A stretch of 64,000 nucleotides of DNA from the human T2T-CHM13v2.0 reference genome, Homo sapiens: the NCBI RefSeq assembly GCF_009914755.1, contig NC_060937.1. One strand, 5' to 3'. This document shows, piece after piece, positions 28,573-47,269 of this stretch. The position numbers were made by a program, and so were the translations under genes. Every line of letters begins with the position of its first letter. The stretch's first letter is position 1. The notes under the pieces were generated by a model. The model had not been told where the DNA came from, ran no database searches, and was given only the letters and a program-made list of their open reading frames with translations.

Positions 28573-29481
28573 GGGGGGAGGAGCCAAGATGGCCGAATAG
28601 GAACAGCTCCGGTCTACAGCTCCCAGCGTGAGCGAGGCAGAAGACGGGTGATTTCTGCATTTCCATCTGAGGTACCGGGTTCATCTCACTAGGGAGTGCC
28701 AGACAGTGGGCGCAGGTCAGTGGGTGCGCGCACCATGTGCGAGCCGAAGCAGGGCAAGGCATTGCCTCACTCGGGAAGTGCAAGGGGTCAGGGAGTTCCC
28801 TTTCCTAGTCAAAGAAAGGGGTAATGGATGGCACCTGGAAAATCGGGTCACTCCCACCCGAATACTGCGCTTTTCCGATGGGCTTAAAACACGGTGCACC
28901 AGGAGATTATATCCCGCACGTGGCTCGGAGGGTCCTACGCCCATGGAGTCTCGCTGATTGCTAGCACAGCAGTCTGAGATCAAAGGGCAAAGCGGCAGCA
29001 AGGCTGGGGGAGGGGCGCCCGCCATTGGGTCAGGCTTGCTTAGGTAAACAAAGCAGCCTGGAAGCTCGAACTGGGTGGAGCCCACCACAGCTCAAGGAGG
29101 CCTGCCTGCCTCTGTAGGCTCCACCTCTGGGGGCAGGGCACAGACAAACAAAAAGACAGCAGTAACCTCTGCAGACTTAAATGTCCTTGTCTGACAGCTT
29201 GGAAGAGAGCAGTGGTTCTCCCAGCACGCAGCTGGAGATCTGAGAACAGGCAGACTGCCTCCTCAAGTGGGTCCCTGACCCCTGACTCCCGAGCAGCCTA
29301 ACTGGGAGGCACCCCCCAGCAGGGGCAGACTGACACCTCACACGGCCGGGTACTCCAACAGACCTGCAGCTGAGGGTCCTGTCTGTTAGAAGGAAAACCA
29401 ACAAACAGAAAGGACATCCACACCAAAAACCCATCTGTACATCACCATCATCAAAGACCAAAAGTAGATAAAACCACAAAG
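28573..29481 (+). promoter_or_regulatory. L1 5'UTR internal sense/antisense promoter, CpG-rich, YY1 site intact
   Basis: caagatggccg YY1 motif at about 28585-28595; the main CpG-rich segment of the window. Confidence 0.85.
28717..29025 (-). CDS. ORF0: L1 ORF0 (antisense), open, 102 aa
   Basis: MAGAPPPALLPLCPLISDCCASNQRDSMGVGPSEP... matches the primate L1 ORF0 N-terminus; no evidence of expression. Confidence 0.7.
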   Translation of the reverse strand: MAGAPPPALLPLCPLISDCCASNQRDSMGVGPSEPRAGYNLLVHRVLSPSEKRSIRVGVTRFSRCHPLPLSLTRKGNSLTPCTSRVRQCLALLRLAHGARTH

Positions 29482-30498
29482 ATGGGGAAAAAACAGAGCA
29501 GAAAAACTGGAAACTCTAAAAGGCAGAGCGCCTCTCCTCCTCCAAAGGAACGCAGTTCCTCACCAGCAACGGAACAAAGCTGGACGGAGAATGACTTTGA
29601 CGAGCTGAGAGAAGAAGGCTTCAGACGATCAAATTACTCCGAGCTATGGGAGGACATTCAAACCAAAGGCAAAGAAGTTGAAAACTTTGAAAAAAATTTA
29701 GAAGAATGTATAACTAGAATAACCAATACAGAGAAGTGCTTAAAGGAGCTGATGGAGCTGAAAACCAAGGCTCGAGAACTACATGAAGAATGCAGAAGCC
29801 TCAGGAGCTGATGCGATCAACTGGAAGAAAGGGTATCAGTGATGGAAGATGAAATGAATGAAATGAAGCGAGAAGGGAAGTTTAGAGAAAAAAGAATAAA
29901 AAGAAATGAGCAAAGCCTCCAAGAAATATGGGACTATGTGAAAAGACCAAATCTACGTCTGATTGGTGTACCTGAAAGTGACGGGGAGAATGGAACCAAG
30001 TTGGAAAACACTCTGCAGGATATTATCCAGGAGAACTTCCCCAATCTAGCAAGGCAGGCCAACATTCAGATTCAGGAAATACGGAGAACGCCACAAAGAT
30101 ACTCCTTGAGAAGAGCACCTCCAAGACACATGATTGTCAGATTCACCAAAGTTGAAATGAAGGAAAAAATGTTAAGGGCAGCCAGAGAGAAAGGTCGGGT
30201 TACCCTCAAAGGGAAGCCCATCAGACTAACAGCGGATCTCTCGGCAGAAACTCTACAAGCCAGAAGAGAGTGGGGGCCAATATTCAACATTCTTAAAGAA
30301 AAGAATTTTCAACCCTGAATTTCATATACAGCCAAACGAAGCTTCATAAGTGAAGGAGAAATAAAATCCTTTACAGACAAGCAAATGCTGAGAGATTTTG
30401 TCACCACCAGGCCTGCCCTAAAAGAGCTCCTGAAGGAAGTGCTAAACATGGAAAGGAACAACCAGTACCAGCCACTGCAAAATCATGCCAAAATGTAA
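29482..30498 (+). pseudogene. L1 ORF1p, disrupted
   Basis: MGKKQSRKTGNSK...; premature TGA at 29809-29811 and 30316-30318. Confidence 0.97.
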
Positions 30499-30561
30499 AG
30501 ACCATTGAGACTAGGAAGAAACTGCATCAACTAACGAGCAAAATAACCAGCTAACATCATA

Positions 30562-34382
<3,821 letters not shown>

Positions 34383-34600
34383 ACAATGAGAACACATGGA
34401 CACAGGAAGGGGAACATCACACTCTGGGGACTGTTGTGGGGTGAGTGGAGGGCGGAGGGATAGCATTGGGAGATATACCTAATGCTAGATGACGAGTTAG
34501 TGGGTGCAGCACACCAGCATGGCACATGTATACATATGTAAGTAACCTGCCCATTGTGCACATGTACCCTAAAACTTAAAGTATAATAATAAAAAAATAA

Positions 34601-34635
<35 letters not shown>

Positions 34636-35049
34636 AAATAGAAATACAATAATTAGCTGGGGGGAAAAAAAAAGCCTGCAGGACATAAAGGATGGCCCTC
34701 TCAAAGCTTCTCACCAGAGTTCTGAAGTCTTTTCTAAATGTTCAAAACCCGGTCATTATGTATCTTTCTAGTGTTTGTAGAGTTCATGCCCCAGAAGTTC
34801 CACCCCCCAGATACAGTAACGTTTGGCTAACAAGACATTCTGTCTAGAAAGGAGCAAAGCAGGTGAGAGTACAAAAGAGGGTGGATACTGCTCACTGGGT
34901 TCCAGCTTTCTGAATACATTGGTGCAAAAAAAAAAAAAATCTCTGGAAGTGCACTGAACTTTATGTCAGTTCCACATTTGTTTTCTGGACATGATGCTTG
35001 ACTCCTTTCTGCTTAATAATTTGAAAATCAAAACTTAATTGGTCATATC

Positions 35050-35790
<741 letters not shown>

Positions 35791-36729
35791 AAATTAATCA
35801 AAAAACATAATTCTTTATAAATGCTGAATTCTTCTCCCTACTGTATAGATGTACATATTTATATATTATATATCCATATACACACATAGTTACATGTATT
35901 ATGTATATTTATGTGATAGCAAGAAATAAACTTATAATTTAAAATAAAAATTATAGTACTTAATTTTTAAATGATTCTTCCACATTATGTATACCAATGA
36001 ATTTAAGGAGATACTACGTTAAGGCGACTTGTAATTGTCTGTCATACCTTAGAGCCTAAGATGTAGACCATTTTAAGATGCCAGTATTTTCTGCAATATG
36101 ACCCTGCTGTTCATAAGAAATTATATCTGCTGCCACAAGGTAACAAGGTGAGGTGGAGGCTGAGAATATCTAAGTACATGACTGGGTGATCAAAAGTAAT
36201 TCAAGGCTGCCCAAGTCAGCTAGTTGGGGCAAACTCTGGAGTGAGAATGTAAGATTTTAGTAGAAAATGGCATTTTTGTAAGGATAGAGGGCAGTGACTG
36301 CAATATCAGAATCAAGCAATAAGACTGATGGCTATTGCCAAGAAGAAAGGAATTATAAATAGAGATGATGCTTAAGAAGACTCAATGTAGAACAGAGTCA
36401 GGAGTCCACAGGAGGTTCTGATTCCAACCCCCAACCATTTCCCATATGGCCTCTCAGGCTGCCCCAAGCTGCTGTAACATCTCTCTCTTTCCTGGACCCA
36501 TTGTGATACCTCTTCGGTGCTCACTGGAAAGTAGAGCCAGTGAAATGCCACAATCAAAGGGACTATTGCCCTAGGAAAACTGAGTAAACCCAGCTGAGCT
36601 TATGCCTTCCTTAGCGTGCAGAAGGACAAACTTACTCACAAAGTTTATAGGAAAGCAAAGAATTATTTAAAAGTGTCAGAGGAGAGACACTACAGGATAT
36701 CCTTTACCTCATTTTACCAAAAAAAAAAA

Positions 36730-37790
36730 AAATGCCTTGTGCACCAACTCTATGCCAGAGACTATAACAAGCACCGTCAATCCTCATCCAGTTGTGTTTC
36801 ACATGACCTGACACTTTGCGCATTGTACTTCAGCAACGATGCCCTTGTCTGTTCTTGGAACACAGCAGGGCCTCCACATGTTTCCTAATTCCGAGAATGC
36901 TCATGAGAGTGACTTCATCTTACTCGATTCTGTTCATTATTTTGGCGTTAGCTTAATTGATGCTTCTCTGGAGAAATCTTCCTTTGACATCCATCTCAAA
37001 ACTATTATAGACTCTCTCCTCACACTTGTTCCTACCTTTCGTAGCTCATATCCCATTTTGTACTTATATAGTTTTCCTGTGATTATATTTTATTATCTGC
37101 CTTACTGATAGACTGGAAGCTAGTGGTTCTCACCCTTGGTTGCCCATGAAATGATCAGAGATCTTTATAAAAATTCTACTGTCAAGATCCCACCCCTAGA
37201 GATTCAGACTTCATTATTCTCAGTTGTGGTCTGGGGCTTAGAAATACCTAAAAGCTTCCCAACTGATTCTGCTATGTGGTAGATAAAGCTGACAAGCTGT
37301 GATGCACAGCTTTTAGACAAGGTCCTAGGAGTTCAAGGACCATGTGTCTTTAACTTACGCCCATATGCCCTGTGTCCAGCAGAGTCTCTGCCACACAGCA
37401 GAGCCATTAACAAGGGCTCTAACATTGAGTGGCTCAAGAACGACAGCCAGCATGAGCTTGTTTGCTAATTATGACTAAAAGACTCATGGGAAATTGTCAT
37501 AAAGTAAGGGCAGGAAGACAGTTTAGCCTAAAATAAGGAGGGAGTAAGAGAGACACGCAAGATGTGACTTGGATGGTATGAGGGATATCAGCACAGGTGG
37601 TTTAGGAACCAGTCTCTTACTGGCTTCCCAACCTTTGACAAATGTTTACCTTTCTTGTTTCTCAGTTCCCCCATATGAAAAATGATGATAGCTGTAATAT
37701 CTACCTCATAGGGTTGTTGTGAAGATTTAATGAATAAATATGCTAGAATACAGTAAGTTGTAAGTGTTATCAGGTGTCATTATTAGTAGC
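36730..37790. mobile_element. L2 fragments with a MER5-like insertion (about 37120-37280) and a MIR (about 37625-37790)
   Basis: agtggttctcacccttggttgc...cccacccctagagattcagactt; MIR tttctcagttccccc..atctacctcatagggttgttgtgaagattt. Confidence 0.65.
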
Positions 37791-39280
37791 TGAGCACATT
37801 TATTTTATTTTGAAAACCACTACACAAAAAAACCAAAAAGAGTGCCATAAGGGAAATCACCTATCTGCCTCTGAAAAATGAGTGATATGTATCAAAATGA
37901 TGAATGAAATACTCTGAACACTGCCCCAGTCCAAGAAGGTCATGGCTCTGCACCAGTAGCAATCAGAAGGCCAGTCTCCTCTAAAGAGGAGACTGTTTTT
38001 ATGATACAGATTTTTCCCTAAAATGTAAATAATCTGGATCAATTCATATAAATTTATATATGAAGATAAATTCATATATATGGTATACAAATTATTTAAA
38101 TAATAGAAAATAATAGTAAATTGATGTATTTAAAAAGAACATTTGGAATTATGGAGGTTTAAAAAGTAGGCAAGGTTTAAAGAAAAGGAAAAAATATATA
38201 AAAGCATCCAGAATAAAAAAGACCACAAAATTCTATGGGCTAATATGGAAAGAGTTTGTAAAGAGCCAGTTTGTGTGATGTCATCTGGTATTAATATTCA
38301 TTTCCTTTCAAATGTATGCTGCCAAGGACTGCCAATTTATAAAATAAGATAGATACACATAAATAATTAATTTGGTGACAGTGTCCTTCATTTACTTTTT
38401 AGAAAGAGCTGCTTGGAGAGGCTATTCAGCAGCTTGAAATTTATTAAGCGCATGTTCTGCTTCTACAGATGACTTTTGTTCACACTCACTCTCTTGATAC
38501 TAGCAAGGACATAACCAAGTAACCAAGGCCCACAGTGCTGACAGTGACAGATTTTTTTCCAAGTCTGTTTAAGAGCTTGGCCAGCATATGGTCCATAATT
38601 ACTGCCACTATTATTTACTAACAAGAGGAATGACTACATTAAAAAGACTTCCTTTTCCAATACCACAATTTTAATGCTTTTTTTTTGCTGCAATTAATGC
38701 TCACTTTTCTATGAAACTGAACACTGTAAGTCATAATGATAAGTCTAGTCTTCAGACTGTATTTGTTCTAATTTGGGAGCATAATTAGAGATGCTGCTGG
38801 GGAAGGTCATATTTCAGAAATAATGATGCTAAATCTCATCTGCTGGAAAAGTCTTCCAGACAAAGACTTTCTTCCTCCGTATGTAACTGACCCGCAATGC
38901 CTCACCATCATTAGGAATACATGAACATTGCCAGGGCAAAGCATGCAAAGTTTCAAAAGTATTAGCGTCCAGAATTTCAAGTATTTCATTTCTTTTTAAA
39001 ACATAAAGGTGATAAATGCCAGTCTTTTTAATTTTTAGCATTTTAACAAAACTAAAAAGGCAGGATAAAAGCTTTGATGTCAGAGGTCTAGTTGGCTGTT
39101 TTTATAAAGTGCCTCATAGATTCTGGAACTAAAATTTTATAGGAAGGTGTTCTTTCAGGAGAGCTTTTAATGAGTAGGTAACAAACAGAAATTTAAGTAT
39201 GAAAACTACTTTTATGTTTCTCTCTCTTTTTCCTCAACTACTGCAACACTCTTCAAAAATACACCTTAAACATAAAATAG

Positions 39281-39599
<319 letters not shown>

Positions 39600-42009
39600 C
39601 CAATGCCTCTTATTTTAGAAACAGACATTTTGTTGTCTCTGAAGAACAGATTGATGAAAAGATTGCTAAAGGTTTATTTTACATCCTATCTTCAAATTCT
39701 GCATAGAGAAAATGCTTACTCTCTTACTATTCTAAACCTAAGAAATAGCTTAATCTAACACTCTCTTGGCCATAATTTTTCAGTCCATATAGTAGGGGAC
39801 ATTTAAATGCTATACACTACCTTCCGTGCAGCAGCGTATGCTATTTAGAGATCTGTGTGCCTGTCTTGCCATAGAAAGATGTGGCAGCAGACTAATTGAA
39901 TCTCAGATTACAGTGGCTGTGGTTTCTGCTGGTTTAGTAGCAAGAAATTTCTCTTAGCTCTCTAGACATGGAGAATATACCAGCACAACCATTGTCTGAT
40001 AACTGTGTGAATATTATGACAGTCACATGGCAACTGGAATGCCAAGTTAAAGGACCTGAGAAAAACTGCACTTTGCTTACATTTGCAGGCTGCTTAAGAG
40101 TTTTTCAATAATACTTACCTATTAAGTAAATACTACTAAGTTAAGTAATAACATATATTTTGACTTCCTATAATGAAACAATAACATTTTAGTTTTAGAA
40201 ATTTATTATCACAGTAGATACTGAAAGAATACAATGAGCACATACAAACAATATAAGTCATAATCCTTCCAAAAGACACGCTTGATGGCTTTTGTAAAGT
40301 ATCATTTAATACCATCCCATGATTGGCTTTAACGATGTCCCTGTAAAATAAACTCAATTCTAATTTTGAAAGTGCTGCAATTTGTCATTATTTATTCAGG
40401 ATACGGAATACTCAAATAATTGCCTGAAGGAAATCACCATTTTAGGCTTAACTTGCGCTAGCAAACTTGATGTGTAGTTTTGGAAATGAGCATAGCCCAA
40501 GGGCTTTCATGTGTACTTAAAGGTACATAGGCATTTAGCAAGTTCATGCTTATATTTGAAATTCTAAGATAGTACCTCATAATGCTTCTCACTGTGTAAC
40601 TAACTAGAGTGGGTCAAAGGACAAGAGCCTATTAGAAGGATAGCAATGGTTTCGATTCAGAATGACACAGTGGGACTTTTTGGAAACCCAGCAAGAGGGT
40701 AGGGGAGGAAGCAGGGGTCTGATTTTCTCTTAGGCACTCAAAGTTGCCTGAAAGAAATACTACTTTAAAGTTCATTGGGCAGTCTCCATCACTGACAAAC
40801 TTAATTTTCTGAAGCCAAATTCAGGGCAGAGAGTTCAGGGAAGAGAATAGCATGTTTATTGCCTGCAGTCTGTTGGAAGCTTAAATTATAGATTTCAAGT
40901 ACAAAACTGTCTTGCCTTCAAACAAGAAATTGGACAGTTTTGAGGCTTTAAACTTTCAAATGAAAATGGAAAGCTGCACAGCTAGCTTTGACTAGAAAAA
41001 AATTAAAAGACAATGAAAAAAACTTAGCAATGATAATACAAAGCATAAAAATAAGAACGGTGTTAATCTTTTAGGAAATTTCTTGTTATAGTCATCATTT
41101 GGCAGCTGTATTCTTTGTATTTTCAGAATTTTACAAGCATTTTTACCCAAATATGTAAATATTGTATATACACTCTCTTTACAACTCTAGGTGGTAGTAG
41201 GAATATTGTAAGGTTTGTTTTGTCTTTTAGTTCTTTATCTGATCTGATACCCTCAGGGAAAGTGGTAACAATAAGGCTTTTACATTTTGAGGGAAAATTC
41301 TATCTAACCGTATTAGGTAGACAGGGGTAGATCCTATTTTTTTAAAATATGGTGCAGTCAACACTTCTTATTATGTGTGACAACAAAAACTCCAAAATAA
41401 ACTGCCAAAGCTAACACACACAGATTCGTATGCTTTGTTTCTCTCGCTTTAAAGTGAAAACTTAAAAATGGTAGCTTTCTTTGCTTTTCAGATGTAGATA
41501 GGCTTTCTGTGCAGAAGTTGTGTTTTTAGTAAGTTAAAGCTTCCCTTGGGCTGGACAGCTATTTTGAGAGATGGAAAATGGTAGCGAATACATTACTATC
41601 TGTGTATGTATTTTTAATACAGACCAGGAGGCAAGTTATTCTCTGATAGATTTCTGTAAGTAGTGTATTCTGATGCTGGCAGACAGGTCTTCCTCAATCA
41701 TGCCTTGATAATTCTCAGGCCAGTCCTTTAGCAAAAAAAATAAAAAAGCAAAGAGTATAGCAGTGACCATGGGTAATTGATTATGTCAAATCTGTCTGCC
41801 TCTTGTCTGTCTTTGACTAGAAAAATTCTCCCTGGGTCTAAGCAAAAGGAAAGACTGAATTACTATAATAAACAAGGGATATCTTTGAGTTCAGTCTATA
41901 AAGATGACTTTGTAAATATCAAAAGAGGTATTTGAAAACAAAAATACCTAATTTCTTTCAAATAATAATCATCCATTACTAAAAAAGCACTTAATAAAAT
42001 ATAGTTTAA

Positions 42010-42200
42010 AACTTGGCTTTTCTGATTAATTGCTGTGTGAACTTCACTAATTTGCTTAGCCTCTCTGAGCCTCAATTTATCTGTATAATAAAAATGATAA
42101 TAATAGTTGCTTGTTCCAAATGTAACTATAGTATTCAATAAAATAATACATGTAAAAAAACTTTCAACAGCGAATTGCTTATAATTGCTCTCTAAATATC
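42010..42200 (+). mobile_element. MIR
   Basis: gctgtgtgaacttcactaatttgcttagcctctctgagcctcaatttatctgtataa. Confidence 0.75.
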
Positions 42201-42906
42201 TAAATATAATTTTAATTACTATAATTATTATTATGTCACCTATGTATTTACACACATAATTATAACCAAAATTTGACATTGACTTTATGTTTTTGTGTGT
42301 GTGCATGTGTGTGTGTATGGGTGTGCATGAACAGCCTTAAGATTTGGTTTCTTGATATGACATTAGATAATCTATGGTCTTAGTTTCCATAAAATTGTTC
42401 TTAACATTTCCTAATGAAATATGTAGCCTATTGCATGTAAATAAAATTTCCAGCATTAAAAAAGTAAAAGGAAATATATAGAGGATTCATAAAAACTTCT
42501 ATTTGTTCAAAGTTACTCATAGTCACTAAAAGCCTAACATTGGTTTACAAGTTTAGGGTGATATCACTTCATGATGCAAAATGGACCAAGAATCTTAGAA
42601 GGATAATAACTTCATAAACACATTGATCTAGCAATATGCTCCTTACTTTGGAAAATTCGGTAACAGTAAATCAAAAAGCAACCATATGTCAGGCAAATAT
42701 CTTTGCTTCTACAATACCCACCACCTCAGGGAACCCTGAAAAATCATTTTTAAATTTTGTGTGTTCCTTGACAATCTGTAGGGCCAATGAGGAAGAAGCA
42801 TACACAGTAGATAGCAAGGAGCTAATAAACATTTATGGAATGAATTGATGAAGGTTTTGATTTTTTCAAATTGAAACACATGGTTTTTCTTGGTTGTACA
42901 CATCTG

Positions 42907-43112
42907 ATTTTTTCTTTGTACATATTTATGGGGTATATGTGATATTTTGATACATGCACAAAATATGTAACAATTGAATCAGGATAATTAGACTATCACC
43001 TCAAATATTTATCATAGCATTTCTTTGTCTCAGGAACATTGCAAATCTCTTTTTCTAGCTATTTTGAAATATATAATAAATTACTGTTAACTGTGATCAA
43101 CCTACTGTGCTC
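42907..43112 (-). mobile_element. L1MA-type 3' end fragment
   Basis: tgtacatatttatggggtatatgtgatattttgatacatgca...tctagctattttgaaatatataataaattactgttaact. Confidence 0.85.
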
Positions 43113-43926
43113 AGTTTCTCTTTTTTCTCATACTTGATATTGGTGAGTACTTCTTGTCCTATGGGTCTTACCTCTTCACTTCTATTAGGCTGTTCCCTTA
43201 ATTTCAATTGGGGTTCTTTTCTTTCTGATTCTTTGATAGGCTCTTCTTTACTTTCACAACAGATATGGCTTCCCAAAACACTTTTCTTAAGCCTTTGGTG
43301 GTCTCTCCTCTCATTTATGTTCACTGTGAAATCTTTTACTCCTGTGGCTTCCAATAACGCTCCTATTCTCACTATTTTAATCTTTATCTAATTATGAACT
43401 GAACTGTTTCCAGGCCTGCTTCAATCTTCAAAGAGCATGGATATTTGGATATAGAGCTATCCTTTCAAGTTCAAAATGCCTGCTTATGGCTGGTCTCTTT
43501 ATCTTTAAAACTGGATCTCAGTGGATATTCCTCAGTTCTATTACAATGCTCACCATCTTCTGACCAACGAGGTTGAAAATCAGGGAGACAGAGACATTGA
43601 TAACAAGTTCTAACCTTACTCGGTTAAAAACGAGCTGTCACCAGTTCTAATTGTTTCTATGAAGCATCATGAAGACTTGCCCTCTCTCCTCTGGTTCCAA
43701 AGTCACCACCTGCGTACCAAACTTCCAACTTGCATTATGGAAATTACCTTCTGGTTTCCCTGCCTTTGCATTTTCAGAATCTTTTATTATGTATACACCA
43801 CCCCCAGATTAATCTTTATGAAGTGCCACTTTCATCATGTTGCTTTCCAGCTGTTCTCTATGGTACACAGTGGCTCTCTGAATTTTCAGCACTCCACAAA
43901 TTATCCCCAATCATTCTGATCAAATA

Positions 43927-46258
43927 TAGGCACACCTCAGAGATATTGTGGGTTTTGTTCCAGACCACCACAATAAAGGCAATATTAGAATACAACAAGT
44001 CACACCATGTTTTTGGTTTTCTAGTACGTATAAAAGTTATGTTTATACTATACTGTAGTCTAATAAAAATGCAATAGCATTATGTCTAAAAAAAGTACAT
44101 ACCTTAAATTAATCATTATTTTTAAGAATAAAATACCTTTATCTGCACTTTCAGAGAGTTTTAATCTATATGCTGGTCAAAGGTCTTGCCTCAATGTTGA
44201 GGCTGTTGATTGACCAGGGTGGTGGTTGCCGAAGGTTGGAATGGCTATGGCAATTTCTTGAAATAAAACAACAGTGAGGTTTACTGCATCCATTTTACCT
44301 TTGCTTTCATGAAAGAGTACTCTGTAGCATGTGAAGCAATTTGGTAGTATTTTACCCACAGAGCTTTTTTTAAAACTGGAGTTAATCCATTCAAACCTTG
44401 CTGTCACCTTTTCAACTAAGTTTGTGTAATATTCTAAGTCCTTTGTTGTAATTCCAACAATGCTCACAGCATCTTCACCAGGAATAGATTCCATCTCAAG
44501 AAACCACTTCTTTTGTTCATCCATAAGAAGCAGCTCCTCATGCATCCAAGTTTTATCAAGAGATAGCAGCAATTCAGTCACATAATCAGGCTCTATCTTT
44601 AACTATAGTTCTCATGCTATTTCTACCACATCCACAGTGACTCCCTCTACTGAAACTTTGAACCCCTCAAAGTCTGTCATGAGAGTTGGAATCAACTTCT
44701 TCCACACTCCCATTAATATTGATATTTTTACGTCCTCCCATGAATCATGAATGTTCTTAAAGGCATCTAGAATGGAGAACTTTTTTCTAGAAGGTTTTCA
44801 ATTTACTTTGCCCAGATCCATCAGAAGAATTACTATCTGTGGCAACTATAGCCTTACAAAATGTATTTCTTAAATATAAGATTTGAAAGTTACAATTACT
44901 CCTTGATCCATGGGCTGCAGAATGGATGTTATGTTAGCAGACATGACAACATTAATCTCCACGAACATCCATATTGGAGCACTTGGGTAACTAGGTAAAT
45001 TGTGAATGAGCGGTAATATTTTTAAAGAAAACTTTATTTCCTGAGCAGTGAGTCTCAACAGTGGGCTTAAAACAGTCAGTAAATCATGCTATAAACAGAT
45101 AGATGTGCTATCATCCAAGCTTTGTTGTTCCATTTATAGAGTACAGGTAGAGTAGATTTAGCATTATTCTTAATAGCCCTAGGATTTTTGGAATGGTAAA
45201 TGAAATGAACATTGGCTTCAACTTAAAGTCACCAGCTGCATTAACCCCTAACAAGAGACTCAGCCTGTTCTGTGTTCTGTGAAGCTTTGAGGTCAGTCAT
45301 CGATTTCTGCTGTCCAGCTATGAAAGTCCTAGATGGCATCTTCTTCCAATAGAAGGTCGTTTCATCTAAATTAAAAATCCATTATTTAATGTACCCACCT
45401 TCATCAATTATCTTAGATTATCTGGATTACTTGTTGCTTCTTCTACATCAGCACTTGCACTTTTATGGAGATGGTTTCTTTTCTTAAACCTCATGAACCA
45501 CACTCTACTATCTTCCAACTTTTTTTCTGCAACTTTCTCACCTCTGTTAGCATTCACAGAATTGAAGAGAATTAGGGTTTTGTTCTGGATTGGGCTTTGG
45601 TTTAAAGGAATGTTGTGGCTGGTTTGATCTTCTATCCAGACCACTAAAACTTTCCGCATACCAGCAATAAGGCTATTTTGCTTTATCCTTAGTATGTTCA
45701 CAATTTGACTAACTTTTTGGTGCAAGATGCCTAGCTTTCTCAGCTTTCGGCATGCTTTCCTGGCTGAACTTAATCATTTCTAGCTTTTGATTTAAAGTGA
45801 TAGATGAGCAACTCTTCCTTTAATTTGAACACTTAGAGGACAATGTGTAGTTTTGAATTGGCCTAATTTCAATATTAGTGTATCTTAGGGACTAGGGAGG
45901 CATGAGGAGAGGAAGGGAGATAGGGGAACTGCTGGTCGTCGGGCAGTCAGAACACACACAGCATGTATTGACTAATTTTTTTGTCTTATACTGGCACAGT
46001 TTGCAGCATCCCAAACAATTACATTAGTATCCCAAAAGATCACAGATCACTATCACAGATCTAGTAACAGTAATTAAAGTTTGAAACATTGCAAGAGTTA
46101 CCAAAATGTGACATAGATGCACAAAGTGAACACATAATGTTGGAAAATGCTGCCAGTAGATTGGCTTAATGAAGGCTTGTCACAAATTTTCAGTTTGTAA
46201 AAACTCCAGTATCAGCAAAATGCGATAAAGCAAAGCACGGTAAAATAAGATATGCCTG
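43927..46258 (-). mobile_element. Full-length Tigger1 (pogo/TcMar DNA transposon) with decayed transposase
   Basis: Both TIRs ((c/t)aggcacacctc... and ...agatatgcctg), TA on the left; transposase pieces [24 protein letters not shown] (CENP-B HTH, 45408-45725) and NITSILQPMDQGVI (DDE, 44870-45058). Confidence 0.96.
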
Positions 46259-46827
46259 AACACTTCTTCACAGCATACACCCTTTCCCCAGTCACTGTTT
46301 GTGAAGCTACTACTTCCATGCCCTGGTTCAAACCCACAACAGGTGGGCGATCTTCCACCACTGCTCTTATTCAGGTACCAGTCATCCTTCAAAACCTAGA
46401 TCACAGTCTTTATTTTCTATAAACACTCTGAAATAAAGCTGTTTCAACTCTTATTACTCCTTTCCTTTTTCTGTTTTTACACTGTATTTAGAGTGAGTGC
46501 TGCATTGTTAGGCACATGTGAGTTTCGTTGTATGATTGGTTATCCCAGTCAAATTTTAAATTTCTTAAAAAGTCAAGCCCTAGGCTTTCTCTGTGTCCTC
46601 AGAGTATTAGCAAATTTTAGGTTCTCTGGAGCAGCTCAGTAAGTTCTTTTTAAATTTGGTTTTAAATATATAAGTAATTGTCATAGGACTGTGTACTGAA
46701 AGTTTCTTTTTCCTCACTGATCTATATTACCACCTGTAACATACACCAAAGTTTCTTATTTTCATGCACCTAATTATGGATTCTCTACAAAGTCTTATTG
46801 TTCAATACCACACATTCAAAATTATGA

Positions 46828-46991
46828 TTTTGATTTAAAGTGATAGATGAGCAACTTTTTTTTTAATTTGAATACTTAGAGGCCAATGTAGAGTTATGAA
46901 CTGGCCTGATTTCAATACTAATGTATCTTAGGGACTAGGGAGCCCTAAGGAGGGCCCTCCCTCGTCCCTAAGATACATCAATATTGAAATT
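46828..46991. repeat. Local duplicate of Tigger1 segment 45785-45899 followed by a fold-back inverted copy
   Basis: Direct copy 46828-46942; 46957-46991 is the reverse complement of about 46908-46942. Confidence 0.9.
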
Positions 46992-47269
46992 GTAAACCAA
47001 AGTCTAATCCAGGGCAAAGCGTTGGGTATTTTTACCGTACATGTACTTAGCAATAAGCTAGACTAGTAGTGTTTAGTTTAACTAAAGCTCATAAACTTTG
47101 GCAAAATATTCTTTTTGAATTTGAACTTATATTATGTCTTCTTTTGTAGTTCTTCAGCTATTCTCTTTTCTTTATACTTATATATGCATTTTAAATAAAT
47201 TTTTAAATTGAATACAGAGTATACAGTTAGTAAGAGTATAGGTCAATAAAACTTCACACAATAAACCCA

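Noticed and set aside
44177-45725. Domesticated TIGD-like transposase gene
   Set aside because: Transposase is fragmented; the 134-aa ORF at 44177-44581 is the usual Tigger1 3' reading frame.
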